This document shows, piece by piece, positions 59,640 to 64,000 of a stretch of DNA of 64,000 nt. Both the position numbers and the translations under genes were made by a program. The stretch is from Mobula birostris (taxonomy: Eukaryota): contig NC_092379.1 in the NCBI RefSeq assembly GCF_030028105.1, positions 19,073,309 to 19,137,308 on the forward strand, written 5' to 3'. Below the pieces are notes generated by a model. That model had not been told where the DNA came from, searched no databases, and saw only the letters and a list, made by a program, of their open reading frames with translations. The first letter of the stretch is position 1. The number at the start of each line of letters is the position of its first letter.

Positions 59640-60610
59640 ATCTGCTGTGTACATACATCTATTGATGCTTCTGGACACATCTTCAGTGCTGTTCCTGGAA
59701 TCATCGGGTGTTTTGGGTCTTTCAACATCATACAAGTTCCTCCAGGTGACCCAGCCAGGGCTGATCAGACCCCAGCTTGTGTCCAGATGGCTAGCTACTT
59801 ATGACTCCATGGCTCCTCTCTTTTGAGCCACAGCCATCTTGAGGCCCTCTCTGCCGCATCGGTGGTACTGCGGATGGCTCTCCTCTTCCTCTCTCCCTCA
59901 ATGCCCAAAATGCTGAAGGCTCTAACTAAAGAATGGGCTACGAATCCCCTACAACCAACCTCCACTGGGATACACCTCGCTCTCCATCCAGCCTGCTGAC
60001 AGTTGCTGACCAGTCCTGCGTACTTGGAGAGCTTCCTTTCAAAGGCCTCCTCGAAGCTATCTTCCCATGGGACTGTCAGCTCCAGCAGCACCACTTGCTT
60101 AGTCGACTCAAACACTAGGACAATGTCTGGTCGCAGGCTGGTGGCTGCGATATGGTTGGGGAACTTCAGCTGCCCTTCGAGGTCCACCAACAGCTGCCAG
60201 TCCCTTGCAGAGGTCAGAATGCCTGCAGATGTTCTTTTGGCAGGTATTGGCTGCTCCCCAGCTCTGACAAAGGCAATGGTCTGCTTGGAGGGTCGGGACC
60301 GCTTCGCCCACTCAACTCCTGCGCTGACGGCTTCAGCGATGGTCTTCAGGACCTGATCATGCCTCCACCTGTACCATCCCTCACCAAGTGCCCTTGCACA
60401 GCCGCTGAGGATGCGCTCCAGGGTTCCTCGCTTGGAGCGCAGTGGGCACGCAGATGACTCTGCCTTGCCCCATGTGTGCAGGTTTGATGGGCTTGGAAGC
60501 ACATCGTACACTGACTCTGGGCCGCATTCATGCACATGCAGGTATCTGAGGTCGAATTTGGAGTTTCTTTGTTTGCAATCAATCCCATTCTGCAGCTCCA
60601 AGAACACCAT
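59640..60610 (-). mobile_element. RLE-type non-LTR retrotransposon (HERO/NeSL-R2 group), 3' end
   Basis: 271-aa frame with degenerate CCHC (CPLR..LERILSGC), RWRHDQVL, and RPDIVL...LLELTVPWE restriction-like endonuclease motif. Confidence 0.8.
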
Positions 60611-61264
60611 TGTTCTGGGTGCATTTTAAATTCAATCTACATTCCATGTTCAGGTATGAAGACTAGTTGCTGTTGAAATTAGTAGTTACTACATACCATC
60701 ACTCCAGAATACACCCTAACAGCTCTCCACACAACTGAGCACATCTGCAAGGGGTGCTGTTGCAGGAAAGCAGCATCTATCATCGAGCACATCCACCATC
60801 CAGTACATGCTCTCTTCTCACTGCTGCCATCAGGAAGAAGGTTCAGAAGCCTTGTGTCCCAGACCACCAGGTTCAGGAACAGTTATTACCACTCAACCAT
60901 CATGCTATTGAACCAGAGTGGATAACTTCACTCACCCCAACAATGAACTGATTCCTAGGATGTTGGAGCAGAATTAGGCCATTTGGCCTGTTAAGGCTGT
61001 GCCACAACCTATGAACTCTCTGTGAAGGATTCTACAATTGATTCACAACATTATTTATTTATTCTTATTCTTTTGATTTCTTTTTCATATTTGCACACTT
61101 TCTTGTCTTTGGCATATTGGTTCTTTGTCCATCTTTCTTGTGTTCAGTTTTTCATTGATTCTATTGTGTTTCTTTATATTTACCGTGAATACCTGCAAGA
61201 AAATGAATCTCATTGTAGTATATAGTGACATCTATATACTTTGATAATAAATTTACTTTGAACT

Positions 61265-61600
61265 TTGGGTGATCTTGCACTGTGGAGGTGGAGGAGGACA
61301 AAGAGACGGTGTTGGGGGGCCGGGTAGATCAGAGGGGGAAGGAAAGGCACCGAGGGGGAGCAGTTACTGGATGCTGAAGAATTCAATTTTAACGCTGTCA
61401 AGGTGCAGGCTCCCCTGGAGGATATCAACACCCCCAGGAACCTACCATTTACTGCAAAAGACTTTGTCTGGTTTGACTTCCCAAACTGGAACACCTCCTG
61501 CAGAGTCACAGAGCACTGAATTAGGACTCTTGGCCCAACTGGCCGACGTGGACCAAGTTTCACATCAAAATGGCCCATTTGCCAGTGCACACCCCACATC
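61265..61600 (-). mobile_element. Penelope fragment
   Basis: Revcomp matches the Penelope segments at 14945 and 24400 (caccgtctctttgtcctcctcc, tgcaagatcacc). Confidence 0.55.
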
Positions 61601-61609
61601 CCTCTAAAA

Positions 61610-61688
61610 CAGGTATTCCCAACCCTTTTATGCCATGGACCAATATGATTTAGCAAAGGGTCCACGGACCCCCAGTTAGGAACCCCTG
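61610..61688. mobile_element. 79-bp hAT MITE
   Basis: TIRs CAGGTATTCCCAAC / GTTAGGAACCCCTG; 8-bp TSD ctctaaaa (61602-61609) / ctctaaag (61689-61696). Confidence 0.75.
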
Positions 61689-61689
61689 C

Positions 61690-63790
61690 TCTAAAGTATT
61701 CCTATCCATATACCTGTTGAAGTGTTTTTTTTTTAAATATGTTGTTCTTGTATCTGCCTCACCCACTTCATCTGGCAGCTGGTTCCATATGCAGACCATC
61801 TTCTGGGTGAAAAAGTTGTTCCTTGTGTTCCTTTTAAATCTTTCAACTCTGTCCTGAAAACTGTGTCCTCTGGTGGGTGATGGATGAGAGTGACAAAAAG
61901 CTGAATATAATCGAATCTTAAAGGAGATGAAGAAAAGCTTCAACAGTGATTTATAAAGTCTCAGCATTACTTCCTTGCTTTAATATTCTGGTCCTCTGGA
62001 CATGAATGCTAACATTGCATTTGCCTTCCTCACCACAGACTCAACCTGAAAATTAACCTTTGGGAATAGTGCATAAGTACCCATAAAACCCTTTGCACTT
62101 CAAGTTTTATCTTTTCTCTCCATTGAGAAAATAGTCAACCCTTTCTTTTCTACTACCAAATAGTATTCCATCTACCACTTCTTTGCCCATTCTCCTAATC
62201 TGTGTTAGTCTTTCAGTAGCATCTCTGCTTCCTCAAAATTATCTGCACCTCCACCTATGATCGTATCATCTGCAAAAGTTCCAAAAAATCCATCGATTCC
62301 AACATCCAAGTCATTGACATATAATGTAACAAGAGTCGGTCCCAAAATAGACCACTGTAGAACACCATTAGTCACTGGCAGCCAACCTGAAAAGGCTCCA
62401 TTTATTCCCACACTTTGCCCCCTGCCAATCAGGTACTGCTTGAAACATGCTCGAATATTTCCTGTCATACCATGGGCTCATACTTGTTAAGCAGTGTCAT
62501 ATGTGGCACTTTGTCAAAGGTCTTCTGAAAATCCAAGTACATACATCAACTGATTCTCCATTGTGTGCCCTCCTTGCTATTTCTTCAAATAATTCCAGCA
62601 GATTTGTTCTGCAAGATTTTCCCTTGAGGAAACCATGCCGAGTACGGCCTTTTTTATCATATGACTCCAAGTACCCTGAGATCTCATCTGCGATAATCAA
62701 CTCCAACATCTTCCCAACCACTGAGGTCAAACTAACTGGTCTATAATTTCCATTCTTCTGCCCCTCTCCCTTCTTGAATACTGGAGTGACATATGCGACA
62801 TATGCAATTTTCTAGTCTTCCATTCCAGAAACTTGTGATTCTTGAAAGATCATTGCTAATGCCACTACAAGCTCTTCAGTCGCCATTTTATGAATCCTGG
62901 GGTGTACACCTTCTGGTCCTGGTGACTTACCGACCTTCAGACCTTTCAGTTTCTCAAGAATCTTCTCTCGAGTAATGATAGCTTCACACACTTCATGACC
63001 CCTTATGCCTGGAACTTTTACCAGACTGCTAGTGTCTCTGTCAGTGAAGACTGATGCAAAGTATTTGTTCAGTTCATCCACTATTTCCTTATCTCCAGTA
63101 CTACCTTGGAACCTTTTTATATCCTCCTTAATATTATTGACTAGCTTACTTTTGTATTCATCTTAACCTTCTTTCTGACTTGTTTCGTTGCCCTCTGCTG
63201 ATTTGTAAAACCTTCCCAATCCTCAAACTTCCCACCAATTTTTGCTGAATCATACACGCTCTCTTTGGCTTTGACTTTGCTTGTTCACCATGGTTGCATC
63301 ATCTTGCCTTTAGAATACTTCTTCCTCTTTGGGATGTATATATCCTGTGCCTTCTGAATTTCTTCCAGAAATTCCAGCTATTGCTGCTCTGCTGTAATCC
63401 CTACCAGTGTTCTTTTCCAATCAATTCTGGCAATCATCTCCTCTGTCATGCCACTGTAATTTTCTTTACTCCACTAATACTGACACATCTGACTTTACCT
63501 TCTCCATCTCAAATTTCAGGTTGAATTTGATCATATTATGCTCATTTTCCTCAAAGGGTTCTTCTACCTTCAGCTCTCTGATCAATCCAGTTCATTGCAC
63601 AACAGCCAACCTGCAATGATTTTGGACCTCCTCGGGTTCAAGTGTAACCTGTCCCTTTTGTAGAGGTCATACCTTCACAGAAGAGATCCCAATGACCCCT
63701 AAATCTGAACTCTTGCCCCCTGCATCAGTTCAGGACCTCCACAGAACCTCCTCACCTTGTCTACCCATGTCATTGATGCCAATATGTACC
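61690..63790 (-). mobile_element. Degenerate, internally deleted CR1
   Basis: HGFLKGKSCRTNLLELFE; GTFADDT; MDELNKYFASVFT. Confidence 0.85.
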
Positions 63791-63795
63791 AAGAC

Positions 63796-64000
63796 TGTGA
63801 CTAGAGTCCTTGATGATGATGGTTTGGACTCAGATGCTGGGGTATGCGAAGCAAAGTTCGAGACACGGTATCAAACTAGATCTGAGCACAGAACAAATGC
63901 TGGACGATATCACAAGTAGGGTTATGATTGAGCACCAAACCTCTGTTCAGCTGTTCCTTAAATACTCAATTCTTGGCACCCAAACCATGATTACCAATTA
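63796..64000 (-). mobile_element. Gypsy LTR related to 42700-43033, runs off the window end
   Basis: tgtgactagagtcc..gatggtttggactcagatgctgg aligns to tgtgagcagagacc..gatgtttgggacccaagtgctgg. Confidence 0.6.

Noticed and set aside
59640-59795. Possible hammerhead in the HERO 3' UTR
   Set aside because: Core CUGANGA/GAAA elements are not intact in a workable order in this copy
1-64000. CRISPR arrays, prokaryotic operons, rRNA or tRNA genes, histone or C2H2 zinc-finger CDS
   Set aside because: No such repeats or motifs seen; the sequence is vertebrate TE-rich DNA

Overview
Eukaryotic, non-genic, transposon-saturated vertebrate DNA. The repeat spectrum (CR1 LINEs with (CTATGTTT)n tails and esterase ORF1, Penelope elements and Penelope-derived short repeats, V-SINE/HE1-like fragments, Rex1/Babar) points to a cartilaginous fish, probably a ray; this is inference. 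Nearly all listed ORFs are TE fragments or antisense noise, and no intact host gene is visible. Notable non-routine content: (1) an orphan immunoglobulin heavy-chain constant-domain pseudo-exon (IgW/IgNAR-like C1-set, minus strand, 27649-27955) that the ORF track splits across frames; (2) a 5'-truncated endogenous retrovirus with gamma-type Env and a 3' LTR (about 5535-10284); (3) one CpG-island promoter with a candidate non-coding first exon (about 31480-32100) and a CpG-decayed paralog (about 37690-37930); (4) a mosaic of direct and inverted local segmental duplications, with a ~250 bp non-TE segment present six times; (5) degenerate minimal hammerhead-ribozyme motifs and fold-back hairpins in Penelope-derived repeats; (6) a chromodomain Gypsy element, an L1 with a 16-bp TSD, an I/Nimb LINE, a HERO-type RLE retrotransposon, and hAT and Harbinger derivatives. 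Boundaries without a stated TSD or splice site are approximate, and family names come from motif recognition by eye, not database searches.
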